NCBI GenBank assembly: GCA_041576815.1
Contig: JBFGKE010000007.1
Coordinates: 43,311-107,310 of the forward strand
Source of the DNA: Polyangiales bacterium
GTDB taxonomy: Bacteria; Myxococcota_A; Polyangia; Polyangiales; Houyiibacteriaceae
Length of the DNA: 64,000 nt
Reading direction: 5' to 3'
Shown in pieces: positions 18,395-27,064 of this stretch (positions are counted from its first letter, which is position 1; each line of letters begins with the position of its first letter). The notes beneath the pieces are model-generated. The model had not been told where the DNA came from and did not search any database. It saw only the letters and a list, made by a program, of their open reading frames with translations. The translations under genes were made by a program, and so were the position numbers.

Positions 18395-19684
18395 CTAAAG
18401 CTCGAAGTCGCCGTACTCGAGGATTTCCGCGATGCGGTACAGAAACCCATTGGCGTGTACGCCGTCGACGACGCGGTGGTCGTACGTGAGCGCCATGTGC
18501 ATGACCGGGTGGATCGCCATCACTTCTTCGCCTTCGTGCTCGATGACGACCACGCGCTTCTTGATAGTGCCGAGCCGCAAAATGCCGACGTTGGGCTGGG
18601 ATATGATCGCGCCGCCGACCAGATTGCCGCGCCGACCGGGGTTCGAGATCGTGAATGTCTTCCCGGCCAAGTCGTTCGGCGTGAGATTGCCGGCCCTCGC
18701 CCGCTCGGCCACGTCAGCGACCGCGCGGGCGACGCCGCGAATCGTCAGCTCGTCGGTGTTGCGGATCACGGGCACGACCAGGCCTTCATCGGTATCGACT
18801 GCGATGCCTACGTTGACCTCGGCGAGCTTGACGAACGCATCGTCGAGAACTCGCGAATTCAGCTCTGGGAACTCTCGCAGCGCCCGGGCCGTTGCCGCGA
18901 TCGCAAACGCCAAATACGTGAGATTGACTCCGTCTTTTTTGAACTGCGCCTTGTGCTCGGTGCGGAGCATCGCGGTGCGGTGAAGATCACACTCTGCGAA
19001 CGTGACGACATCAGGCGCCGTCTGCTTCGAGTAGACCATGTGGTCGGCGATGATGCGTCGACGTCGGCTGAAAGGAACGAGCTCGTCCCCCTCCTTTGGA
19101 ACGTAAGGAGGCAGTCGAAACGCGCCTGCCGGACCGGTTTTCCGCGACGGCGATTGTGCCGGCCGCTGCGGCGGCGGTGAGGCATCGGACGTTGCGGGCG
19201 GCGGCGGCGGTGGCGTGGCCATGCGTTCGGGTTGGGAGGAGCTCCCAATCGCGGCCATCACGTCTTCGTGCATGATGCGACCGCCCTGCCCGCTGCCCTG
19301 AACCTCTGCAAGGTCGACGTTTTTCTCGCGCGCGAGCTTTCGCACGGACGGCGACGTCGGCGAGGGCGAGCCCGCTGGCGGCGGGAGCGGCGCCACGTTG
19401 GTGGGCTCGTGCGCGTCGGAAGGCGCTGGCGCTTCTCCGGCCTCGGCGTTCTCGTCGATTTCACAAATCGGATCGCCGACTGCGATGATGTCGTCCTCGG
19501 CCGCCAGCAGCTCCGTCACGACGCCCGCAACCGGCGACGGAAGCTCGCTATCCGCCTTGTCGGTCAGGATTTCGACGATCGGCTCGTCCTTTTCGACGGC
19601 TTGGCCCACCGAGACGAGCCATTTGCCGATCGTGCCTTCCACGACGCTTTCGCCGAGCTGCGGCATGGTCACTTTGGTCGCCAT
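18395..19684 (-). CDS. 2-oxoacid dehydrogenase E2 component (dihydrolipoamide acyltransferase)
   Basis: Lipoyl domain MATKVTMPQLGESVVEGTI..ILTDKADSELPSP. Ala/Pro linkers. E3/E1-binding PSVRKLAREKNVDL. Catalytic LTYDHRVVDGVHANGF. ATG at 19684 chosen over the track start at 19744. Confidence 0.9.
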   Translation of the reverse strand: MATKVTMPQLGESVVEGTIGKWLVSVGQAVEKDEPIVEILTDKADSELPSPVAGVVTELLAAEDDIIAVGDPICEIDENAEAGEAPAPSDAHEPTNVAPLPPPAGSPSPTSPSVRKLAREKNVDLAEVQGSGQGGRIMHEDVMAAIGSSSQPERMATPPPPPPATSDASPPPQRPAQSPSRKTGPAGAFRLPPYVPKEGDELVPFSRRRRIIADHMVYSKQTAPDVVTFAECDLHRTAMLRTEHKAQFKKDGVNLTYLAFAIAATARALREFPELNSRVLDDAFVKLAEVNVGIAVDTDEGLVVPVIRNTDELTIRGVARAVADVAERARAGNLTPNDLAGKTFTISNPGRRGNLVGGAIISQPNVGILRLGTIKKRVVVIEHEGEEVMAIHPVMHMALTYDHRVVDGVHANGFLYRIAEILEYGDFEL

Positions 19685-19980
19685 TGGAGCCGCACCATAG
19701 CCCAAAAAACCGGGTCGTGTAGCTTCTTGCAACGACCGCAACATCGTAGGAGTCTGAACGCATGAGGGGGACCGACGACCGGCCGATCCGAAAGGGCGAC
19801 CGGGGTTTTCTAATGAGGCTCGCGGGCGGGGCCGGGATCGTCATCTTGCTCGGCGTTCTGGTGCTCGGGCTTCTCGACGATTCGCGACTTGGAAGTTGCG
19901 CTGCGCGCGGTTTTTTGCAGATCACCGAAACGCCTTCTTCGGACTAGTGTTGCTACGCCCCTCGGAGTAGAGTCCCGCGC

Positions 19981-20307
19981 ATGCTGGACGCGCTCAACAA
20001 GGAAGACAGGCTGCAGCTCATGCGATTCGTCTGCTCCTTTGCGTGGGCTGACCTCGAGATCACGGAGCGCGAGCGCGAGTTCATCCTCAAGCTCGTGATT
20101 CGCCTCGGCCTCGATGAAGAGGAGCAAGAGCAAGTCGTCGAGTGGCTCGAAGTCCCACCCCGAGCCGATGACCTCGACCCTGCGGACGTTCCGACCGAGC
20201 ACCGCCGGCTTTTTCTCGATGCCGCCAAAGCGATGATCCTCTCGGACGGCACGATCGAAGACGTCGAAGCCGAGAACCTGATCATCCTCGACCAGCTGCT
20301 GCGCTGA
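19981..20307 (+). CDS. TerB-like (tellurite-resistance TerB / DjlA N-domain type) small protein
   Basis: DRLQLMRFVCSFAWADLEITEREREFILKLV and LFLDAAKAMILSDGTIEDVEAENL are two TerB-style helical repeats with acidic pairs. Confidence 0.6.
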   Translation: MLDALNKEDRLQLMRFVCSFAWADLEITEREREFILKLVIRLGLDEEEQEQVVEWLEVPPRADDLDPADVPTEHRRLFLDAAKAMILSDGTIEDVEAENLIILDQLLR

Positions 20308-20375
20308 CGCGTCTAGCGAAACGAACGAGCCGCGGTGCGGCTGCAGTCCGGCGCCACCCGTGGCACACTGCCCTC

Positions 20376-21515
20376 ATGAAAGTCGGGGTGGTGGCACTGA
20401 TCGTGCTCTTGGCGTCGAGTGCATCCGCGCAGGTCGACACGGGCGCCGGCGAGCCCAGCACCGAGCCCGGGCCCCCGGTTCAGGGCGAGGTCCGCAACAA
20501 GACCACCGCCGAGCGCATCGCGTCCCCAGTCCCCACGACCAAAGGCGTCCCCTGGAGCTTCCCGTTCTTTTGGGACCAATCGTTTTCGATTCGGGGCCTG
20601 AATCGGGACTCGCAGCTTTCGCAGAGCCCGAACTACACGTGGTGGCTCACGATCGCGCCGCGCTGGCTCTTCAGCGATCTCCACTCGATCGGGGTCACGT
20701 CTACGGTCAGCATCGAATGGACCGACTCGCCCGCGGCGGATTTCGATCGGCCGGGCTTCGTGAGCCGACAAGCCCTCTGGGAGGACCTGCGTCTCGACTA
20801 CTTGTTCTCGGTGCCGAAACGGCCCGGCGGATTCATGTTTTTCCTCGGCGCCGATCTTCGCCTGCCGACGTCGAAGTTCAGCCGTTCACGAGAGCGCTTC
20901 ATCGCGCCTGGTGTGCGCGCGTCAGTCGTGCGGCCGTTCAACGTGCTCGCCGGCATGCAGCTCGGCTTGGGCGCCGGGTTCTGGGGCTGGTTCGCGGGCT
21001 CCAACGTAGTCCTCGCGCCCGAGGACGTCGGCCCCTGCCGAATCGGAACCATCGGCGCGACCGAAACGCTCGACACGTGCTTCGGGGCGACCTCGTCCGT
21101 CAAACACTGGTCGCGCCTCTCGGTGTTGTGGACGTTCGTCCCGGTCGATCGCCTCGCCATCGGGCTCCGCTATCGTGCACTTTGGGGCCGTGGCTTCGAT
21201 CTCGCGACGGGCTGCGTCGACACGCTGACCGGGCCGGTCTGTATCGGCGACGGCAGCTCGAACAATCACTGGCGCACCTTCTCGAACTTCCGCGCAGTCG
21301 TCGGCTACGACGTGAAACGTTGGCTCACGCTGGCGCTGAGCTACGACGTGTGGGCGGCGCACCCCGACTCCGACGGCGGCCGCGAAAACCCTTTCTACAA
21401 CGAAAACGCCCGCATGATCTTCACCCTCACTTTCCGAGCAGACGGGCTTTATGCGGCCACGCGAGACAAGCGTGCGCTCGCGGAGGGGCTAGGCGAAGGG
21501 GTCGAGGAGCTCTGA
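20376..21515 (+). CDS. Secreted, probable outer-membrane beta-barrel protein, unknown function
   Basis: Signal peptide MKVGVVALIVLLASSASAQV. Alternating aromatic/hydrophobic strands (YTWWLTIAPRWLF, LSVLWTFVPV, LTLALSYDVWAA, MIFTLTFRA). Confidence 0.6.
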   Translation: MKVGVVALIVLLASSASAQVDTGAGEPSTEPGPPVQGEVRNKTTAERIASPVPTTKGVPWSFPFFWDQSFSIRGLNRDSQLSQSPNYTWWLTIAPRWLFSDLHSIGVTSTVSIEWTDSPAADFDRPGFVSRQALWEDLRLDYLFSVPKRPGGFMFFLGADLRLPTSKFSRSRERFIAPGVRASVVRPFNVLAGMQLGLGAGFWGWFAGSNVVLAPEDVGPCRIGTIGATETLDTCFGATSSVKHWSRLSVLWTFVPVDRLAIGLRYRALWGRGFDLATGCVDTLTGPVCIGDGSSNNHWRTFSNFRAVVGYDVKRWLTLALSYDVWAAHPDSDGGRENPFYNENARMIFTLTFRADGLYAATRDKRALAEGLGEGVEEL

Positions 21516-22682
21516 GACGGCCGGGCGCGCAGCCGCCAAGCTGGCACCGAGGCTGACGACCTTCATCGGGTCGAGATCGTAGCGGGGCCGCTTGTCGAAA
21601 TAAGACTCGATGTAGCCGCGGAGCCCGGGGAGCATCGTGCTTCCGCCCGCGAGGAACACGGCCTCCATGTGACGCGCCTTGACGCCGGCCTGCGCCAGCA
21701 CCTCGTCGCAAATCACGAACGTCCGCCGTACGAGATCCAGAGTGAGATCTTGCACCTCTTTGCGACTGATCGGAATCACGCCGCAGCTCTCGGGCGCGGC
21801 CGGGTCGACGGCCGGGATCGCAATCGCCGCCACCTCGGATTCGGTCAGCTCGCACTTCGCGAGCTCGCATGCGTGCACGAGCCGGTCGAACGTGACCGCG
21901 TCGTTCGAGAGGTCCCAACCGTCGCGGGCGAGAGTCCGGTCGGCGACGTAGACCGCAATCGTGCGATCGACGTCGTCACCGCCGAGGTAGGGGTCGCCTC
22001 CATGGCCGATGACGCGAAACGGATAGCTGCTGCAGTCGACGACGGCTGCATCGAAAGTGCCGCCCCCCAAGTCGTACACGAATGCGTACTTCAAGCTGCT
22101 GCGGTGCAGGTACGCGAGCGCGGTTGCGATCGGCTCTTCGACGACGCGCACCGAGGCGAACTTGGCTTTGGCAACTGCGAGAGACGTCGCATCACGGCGT
22201 CGCTTGTCGAACCCCACGGGGGCGGTGACCACCGCGTGGACGTCCTGCACGGGGCAATTCGTCAGCTCGCACAGGGTGCTGACCACAGTGCTTCCGACAT
22301 CGATGGGGGACACGATGCCAGCGCGTGTCCGAAAGGAGGGCGACCCCGAGGCGTCCTTTACCAAGTCGTACGGATAGTGCTCGCGGAACTGTGAAGTGTA
22401 AGAGGAATGCCAGCGCGCTCCGATGATGCGCTTCGCCGAGAGGAGGGTGTTCTTGGGGTCCATGGCTCGACGCCGGCGCGCCGCCTTCCCGAGGAGTCGT
22501 GTCCCACTCGGGGGATAGGCGACTGCAGACGGCATCACCCATCCGTTGCCCTCGATGCGCAACGCTTCGAAGTTGCGGGCAACGACGGTGTTGGTCGTGC
22601 CGAGATCGATGCCGACGGTATTCTTCCTGCGAGAGGGCACCGACCTGCGGGGTGGTGAGGGTCTGCGATGTGTGAGGTCCAT
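21489..22682 (-). CDS. Hsp70-family protein consisting of the nucleotide-binding (actin-like ATPase) domain only
   Basis: VGIDLGTTNTVVA, VVTAPVGFD, VEEPIATALAY, VYDLGGGTFDAAVV, FLAGGSTMLPGL. Ends at the NBD boundary with no substrate-binding domain. Confidence 0.8.
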   Translation of the reverse strand: MDLTHRRPSPPRRSVPSRRKNTVGIDLGTTNTVVARNFEALRIEGNGWVMPSAVAYPPSGTRLLGKAARRRRAMDPKNTLLSAKRIIGARWHSSYTSQFREHYPYDLVKDASGSPSFRTRAGIVSPIDVGSTVVSTLCELTNCPVQDVHAVVTAPVGFDKRRRDATSLAVAKAKFASVRVVEEPIATALAYLHRSSLKYAFVYDLGGGTFDAAVVDCSSYPFRVIGHGGDPYLGGDDVDRTIAVYVADRTLARDGWDLSNDAVTFDRLVHACELAKCELTESEVAAIAIPAVDPAAPESCGVIPISRKEVQDLTLDLVRRTFVICDEVLAQAGVKARHMEAVFLAGGSTMLPGLRGYIESYFDKRPRYDLDPMKVVSLGASLAAARPAVSELLDPFA

Positions 22683-22814
22683 GGGGGAAGTGGCCTCTGG
22701 GAAACAACCAAGCTACGTGATTCCGCCACCGGCTGCCACACCGATGGCCGTCGACTGGACCCAAGGGGGTGGGTGCCCTAAAGTGAAACACGTTCTAGTT
22801 GGAGGCCCCAGGGG

Positions 22815-23870
22815 ATGCCAGCGGACTTTCACGAGCTTCAAGTTGCAGGAATCGTTCAGGAAACCCATGACGCCCGATCGTTCGTCTTCGCGGTGCCCGA
22901 ATCCTTGCGCGAGGCCTTCCGCTACCGAGCCGGGCAGTTCCTGACCTTCGAAATTCCCTGGCACGGCATGCGGCTTCGCCGCTGCTACTCGCTTTCGAGC
23001 GCCCCAGAGACCGACGCGTGGCCCAAAGTCACCGTGAAGCGGGTCGACGACGGCCGCGTTTCGAACTGGTTCAACGACAACCTGCACGTCGGGGATTCCA
23101 TTCTCGTCCAGCCCCCGGAGGGCCGTTTCTTGCTCCGCGCCCACGAGGACGACCACGACGTCGTGCTCTTCGGCGGGGGTAGCGGAATCACGCCCGTCAT
23201 CTCGATCTTGAAGTCCGCGCTTCGCACGACCAACCGCAAAGTGAAGCTGGTCTATGCGAACCGCGACGCGCGCTCGGTGATCTTCAAAGACGAGCTCGAC
23301 CTCTGGCGCGCCGAGCTTCCCGATCGCCTGGAGGTCGTTCACCATCTCGACAGCGATCGCGGTTTCATGACCGTCGCCGACATCCAGGCGCAGCTCCGCG
23401 GCTGCGAGGATGCCGAGTTCTTCGTGTGCGGCCCGACCGGCTACATGGATGCGGTGGAAGCGGCGTTCAAAGCGTCGAACATCGACCCCAAGCAAACGAA
23501 ATTCGAGCGCTTCATCTCGCCGGTCGATCCCGATCGCAAAGACCCGTTGGCAGAGGTCGTCCCCGAGCAATCGGCAGACGAAATCCCGACGTCCTTTGCC
23601 ATCACGCTCGAAGGGGAGTCGCACGACGTGCCGTACGAGAAAGGTCTGACCCTGCTCGAATCCGCAGTGAAAGCAGGCTACAAGCCCCCATCGTCCTGTG
23701 AGGACGGCTATTGCGGTTGCTGCATGGCGCTCCTCAAGGCGGGCACGGTCAAGATGGCATGCCACGATGCGCTCGAGCCGAGCGACATCGAGCGTGGCTG
23801 GGTTCTCGCGTGTCAGTCGCGCCCAGCGAGCCAGGAGCCGATCGAAATCGACTTCGACGCCGAGTACTAG
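22815..23870 (+). CDS. FNR-type oxidoreductase with C-terminal plant-type 2Fe-2S ferredoxin (KshB/PaaE-like oxygenase reductase)
   Basis: RCYSLSS (RxYS FAD motif), VVLFGGGSGITP (NAD(P) binding), and C-terminal CEDGYCGCC...ACQS Cys ligands. Confidence 0.85.
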   Translation: MPADFHELQVAGIVQETHDARSFVFAVPESLREAFRYRAGQFLTFEIPWHGMRLRRCYSLSSAPETDAWPKVTVKRVDDGRVSNWFNDNLHVGDSILVQPPEGRFLLRAHEDDHDVVLFGGGSGITPVISILKSALRTTNRKVKLVYANRDARSVIFKDELDLWRAELPDRLEVVHHLDSDRGFMTVADIQAQLRGCEDAEFFVCGPTGYMDAVEAAFKASNIDPKQTKFERFISPVDPDRKDPLAEVVPEQSADEIPTSFAITLEGESHDVPYEKGLTLLESAVKAGYKPPSSCEDGYCGCCMALLKAGTVKMACHDALEPSDIERGWVLACQSRPASQEPIEIDFDAEY

Positions 23871-24397
23871 GGGCCGTTCCGATCGGGCCAGTCCCAGTAC
23901 GAAGCTTTTCCGATCGTCCACGCGGGGCCGTCACCCCAGTGAAGGCGCGTACGTTTCCGACGGTGGTCCGGATCGTGCTCGGCGAGGGCTTTCTCGTAGG
24001 CCTGCCACTGCTCTTTACCGAGCGCTTCAGCCCAGTAGTCTTCCTCGCGTGACCACCGATTGTCGCCAGCGTACTGCAAGACCGTGATGCCGGGGAAGTC
24101 TAGGAAGCCGTCGCCACTCGGGTGGTCGCGACGGTTCGACATTCGGAACACGACGCGCCCGCTCGGGTGGGCCAAGTGCCAATCGTACACGCCGTAGATC
24201 TCGCCATATTGCTCCATTAGCGGGACGATCCATCGTCGAATCGTTTCTCGGCCATGCATCGTTCCGAGCACGCGCTCCTCGTAGACGACGTCTTCGGTGA
24301 AGAGGTCTGCCCAAGCGTTCCAATCCTCGCGGATCATCCCGGTATGCCAGAACTGGCGGAAGGCGCGCTCGATCTCGTCGAGGTCGAATGCGGCCAC
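23867..24397 (-). CDS. SnoaL-like / NTF2-fold protein
   Basis: GTG at 24397 overlaps the Rieske stop (TAGTG). IERAFRQFWHTGMIREDWNAWADLFTEDVVYEE is a typical SnoaL N-terminus. The longer track ORF to 24916 lies antisense-out-of-frame over the Rieske gene and was rejected. Confidence 0.65.
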   Translation of the reverse strand: MAAFDLDEIERAFRQFWHTGMIREDWNAWADLFTEDVVYEERVLGTMHGRETIRRWIVPLMEQYGEIYGVYDWHLAHPSGRVVFRMSNRRDHPSGDGFLDFPGITVLQYAGDNRWSREEDYWAEALGKEQWQAYEKALAEHDPDHRRKRTRLHWGDGPAWTIGKASYWDWPDRNGP

Positions 24398-25362
24398 TAT
24401 TCGGCAGCCTGCGACTCGTCGGGCCACGAGTAGAACTGCGTACACCAGCGACGGAAGATCCCGATCGGCCCATCGCCATCGCAGAGGAGCGGCTTTTCGT
24501 GCTGGATCTTGTTTTCCCAGATCGGGATGTCCTGTTCGAGCTGCCGGGTGACCTCTGCAACGAAGGCTTTGCCGACGCCCCGCGCCATCTCGGCGCCCCC
24601 GGTCTTTTTCACGGTGAAATGGAAACGGAGGTGGACGTGGTCTCCGTCGATCGGGGTCTGCGAGGCCACGTTGAGCGTCTCTACGATGCCTTTGAATCGA
24701 ACCACGGAGAGCCCGAAACCGTAGTTGAGACTTTCGATCGAGCCGTCCACCGTGCCGCGCGGCGTCTCCATGCCCGCGCCGGAGTAGACGCGCAGAATCG
24801 CTCCATCGGTCGTGGCCTCGGACTTCGGCATGTTGGTCGTGCCGTGCAGATAGTGGAAGTGCGCCGAATCGACGGCGTTCTCGGCCATCTCTTGGTTGCG
24901 CGTGCGAATCGTCCACTCGCGCGTGATGAACTCAGTCCAGTCGTCGTGGCCCCACTCGGGGATCTCGTCCGGAATCTCGAACGTCGGTGGCTTTCCCTCG
25001 GCGTGATGCCAACACATCACCATGTTGGCGATCTCTTTGAAGTGCCAGGTCGAGAGCTTGGCTTTTCGCGGAATGTGCTCCGCGTACGGCACTGCGGTGC
25101 ACCGTCCGTCCGTCCCGAACTGCCACGCGTGAAAAGGGCACTCGATGGAGCTGCCCTTGACCTTGCCCCCGTGGCCGAGGTGCGCGCCGAGGTGCGGACA
25201 GAACGCATCGAGGACACTGAGCTCGCCCTCTTCCGAGCGCCAAATGACCAAGTCCTTGCCGAAATACCTCAACGGCTTGACCTCGCCCGGCGCGATTTCG
25301 TTCGCGGCGGCGATCTGAAACCAGCCATTGGGAATCGGCGGGGTGAAGAAGCGGTCGCCCAT
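24397..25362 (-). CDS. Rieske [2Fe-2S] non-heme-iron oxygenase, KshA / Neverland-like family
   Basis: CPHLGAHLGHGG..CPFHAWQF (Rieske CxH..CxxH). AVPYAEHIPRKAKL..CWHHAEGKPP..IPEWGHDDWTEF parallels KshA. ENAVDSAHFHYLH is the mononuclear-iron motif. Confidence 0.85.
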   Translation of the reverse strand: MGDRFFTPPIPNGWFQIAAANEIAPGEVKPLRYFGKDLVIWRSEEGELSVLDAFCPHLGAHLGHGGKVKGSSIECPFHAWQFGTDGRCTAVPYAEHIPRKAKLSTWHFKEIANMVMCWHHAEGKPPTFEIPDEIPEWGHDDWTEFITREWTIRTRNQEMAENAVDSAHFHYLHGTTNMPKSEATTDGAILRVYSGAGMETPRGTVDGSIESLNYGFGLSVVRFKGIVETLNVASQTPIDGDHVHLRFHFTVKKTGGAEMARGVGKAFVAEVTRQLEQDIPIWENKIQHEKPLLCDGDGPIGIFRRWCTQFYSWPDESQAAE

Positions 25363-25469
25363 GCCCGAAAAATAGAACGTGTTTCACTTTTTTCAAGGGG
25401 AAAGGGGACGGCCGGGTGGAGGCCCCCGACGCCGGCCTCGAATGCTAGGGTTCCGGCCGGAGGATCGAC

Positions 25470-25931
25470 ATGGCGACCATCGGCGTGGGCGCGACCGCCC
25501 CAGACTTCACCAAGACCACACAGAACGGCGACACGATCGCGCTGTCGCAGTTCCGGGGCCAAAAGACGGTGGTCCTCTACTTCTACCCGAAGGACGAGAC
25601 GCCGGGCTGCACCGCAGAGGCCTGCTCCTTTCGAGACAACTTCGAGGACTTCGTCGAGGCCGGTGCGGTGGTGATCGGCGTCAGCCAGGACAGCGACGAT
25701 AGCCACAAGCGCTTTGCGTCTCATCATCGCCTCCCGTTTCTGTTGGTGAGCGATCCCGACAAGGCGCTGCAAAAAGCCTACGGCGTCCCCAAGACGATGG
25801 GCCTGCTTCCCGGACGCGTCACGTTCGTCATCGATCGCGACGGGACGGTGCAACACGTGTTCAACTCACAGCTGAACGCCAAGAAGCACGTCAAGGAGGC
25901 GCTCGGGGTCGTCAAACGCTTGGCCGCCTGA
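25470..25931 (+). CDS. bcp: Thioredoxin-dependent thiol peroxidase (Bcp-type peroxiredoxin)
   Basis: VVLYFYPKDETPGCTAEACSFRD contains the peroxidatic Cys in the PxxxTxxC context. Length 153 aa. Confidence 0.9.
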   Translation: MATIGVGATAPDFTKTTQNGDTIALSQFRGQKTVVLYFYPKDETPGCTAEACSFRDNFEDFVEAGAVVIGVSQDSDDSHKRFASHHRLPFLLVSDPDKALQKAYGVPKTMGLLPGRVTFVIDRDGTVQHVFNSQLNAKKHVKEALGVVKRLAA

Positions 25932-27051
25932 GCCGCCGTACGAGCACGAAGCAAAGCAGCCCGAGTAAACCGAGCGCTGGAGACGAAGTCGCGGACGCGC
26001 CCATGCTGCAGCCCCTGCCACCGCCAGTCACGACGCCCGGACCACTCGGCGGCGTCGGCTGCGACGGCGCACCGCACGGAATGCCGCCGCAGGCGTTTGG
26101 ACCACAGAGGTCCTCCGAGTCCCATCCACTGCGACAGAGCGCATCGACGATCGGCGCGACGTTGTGGACGACCTCCCCGGCCTCTTCGTCGCCGTACACG
26201 GAAACCCGGAAGCAGGTTTGATCGGTGTTTGGCTCGTAGTCGGGCTCTCGGCCGGCAATGAGAATGCCCGCGAGGCGGTTCAGCGAATCGAAGGTGGCGC
26301 TGCCGGAATGGCCTTGAAACGCATCGACGTTGGCGATGAAGAAATCGCGCTCCTCCGCGCGGGGATCGGCTACCGCGCCACCAGAGTCGATCTTAGCGGG
26401 AAGCCCGCTTCCAAATCCGATCATCGTCAGCTCCTCGGAGTCAGGAAGAGGAGTCGCAGGTCGAATCTTCGCCGGGGACTGAGCCCCCTCGACTGGACGG
26501 TCGAGTTGCACGATGGCGAAGTCGGGTGTGAAGCTGCTGGTGCTGCCCTCCTGGGTGACGACCCTCTCGCACGAGTAGACGTCTTCGTCGCGAATGACGG
26601 CCAGCCGATCGGTGTCCGCGAGGTGGTAGTTGAATACGTACGAGTAGAAGCCACATGGCGTCTGCGAGTCGATGCAGTGCCCGGCGGTGAGCACGAGGTC
26701 GTCGTCGATGAGAACGCCCGAGCACGATGCAGCAGCGGGCTGGTTGCCGAACTGCTCTCCCGGACAAAGCTGTTGAAGCTCGCCAAGCGACTCGGTGAAC
26801 AAGCTGTACGTGCCGTTGGGCTCGCGGTTCACCCGGAACGACGGGATCAAAGCCACGATGGACCGCTCGGCGAGGCTGCGAAGCGACGGATCGGGATGAT
26901 TGAACACCTCGAGACGGTCGTCGATCCCGTACACGACCGGTGCCGTCAGCTCGCCCACCGGCGAATCACCGCTCGGGCCACAGCCGATGGCGAGACCCAA
27001 GGCCAAAGCCAAGCCAACGCGGAAACTCATCCCCTTCATTGTTAAGGCCAA
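25912..27051 (-). CDS. Trypsin-like (Trypsin_2/V8-type) serine protease lipoprotein with MYXO-CTERM-like tail
   Basis: Lipobox LGLAIGCGPS. LVLTAGHC (His) and FQGHSGSATF (Ser). C-terminus GGGRGCSMGASATSSPALGLLGLLCFVLVRRLRRPSV. The exact Met start (27051, 27036 or 27030) is unresolved. Confidence 0.75.
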   Translation of the reverse strand: MALTMKGMSFRVGLALALGLAIGCGPSGDSPVGELTAPVVYGIDDRLEVFNHPDPSLRSLAERSIVALIPSFRVNREPNGTYSLFTESLGELQQLCPGEQFGNQPAAASCSGVLIDDDLVLTAGHCIDSQTPCGFYSYVFNYHLADTDRLAVIRDEDVYSCERVVTQEGSTSSFTPDFAIVQLDRPVEGAQSPAKIRPATPLPDSEELTMIGFGSGLPAKIDSGGAVADPRAEERDFFIANVDAFQGHSGSATFDSLNRLAGILIAGREPDYEPNTDQTCFRVSVYGDEEAGEVVHNVAPIVDALCRSGWDSEDLCGPNACGGIPCGAPSQPTPPSGPGVVTGGGRGCSMGASATSSPALGLLGLLCFVLVRRLRRPSV

Positions 27052-27064
27052 ATCTGCCAGATGG

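Noticed and set aside
18356-18395. 8-bp stem (GGGCTGCC/GGCAGCCC) between the convergent exbD and E2 genes, considered as a terminator
   Set aside because: The loop is 24 nt and there is no U-tract on either strand, so it is too weak to call.
19762-19947. 61-aa ORF with one TM-like segment (MRLAGGAGIVILLGVLVLGLL) in the E2/TerB divergent spacer
   Set aside because: No SD, third-position GC bias decays in the second half, and no motif is recognisable. This is possibly a real small protein, but it is not supportable from sequence alone.
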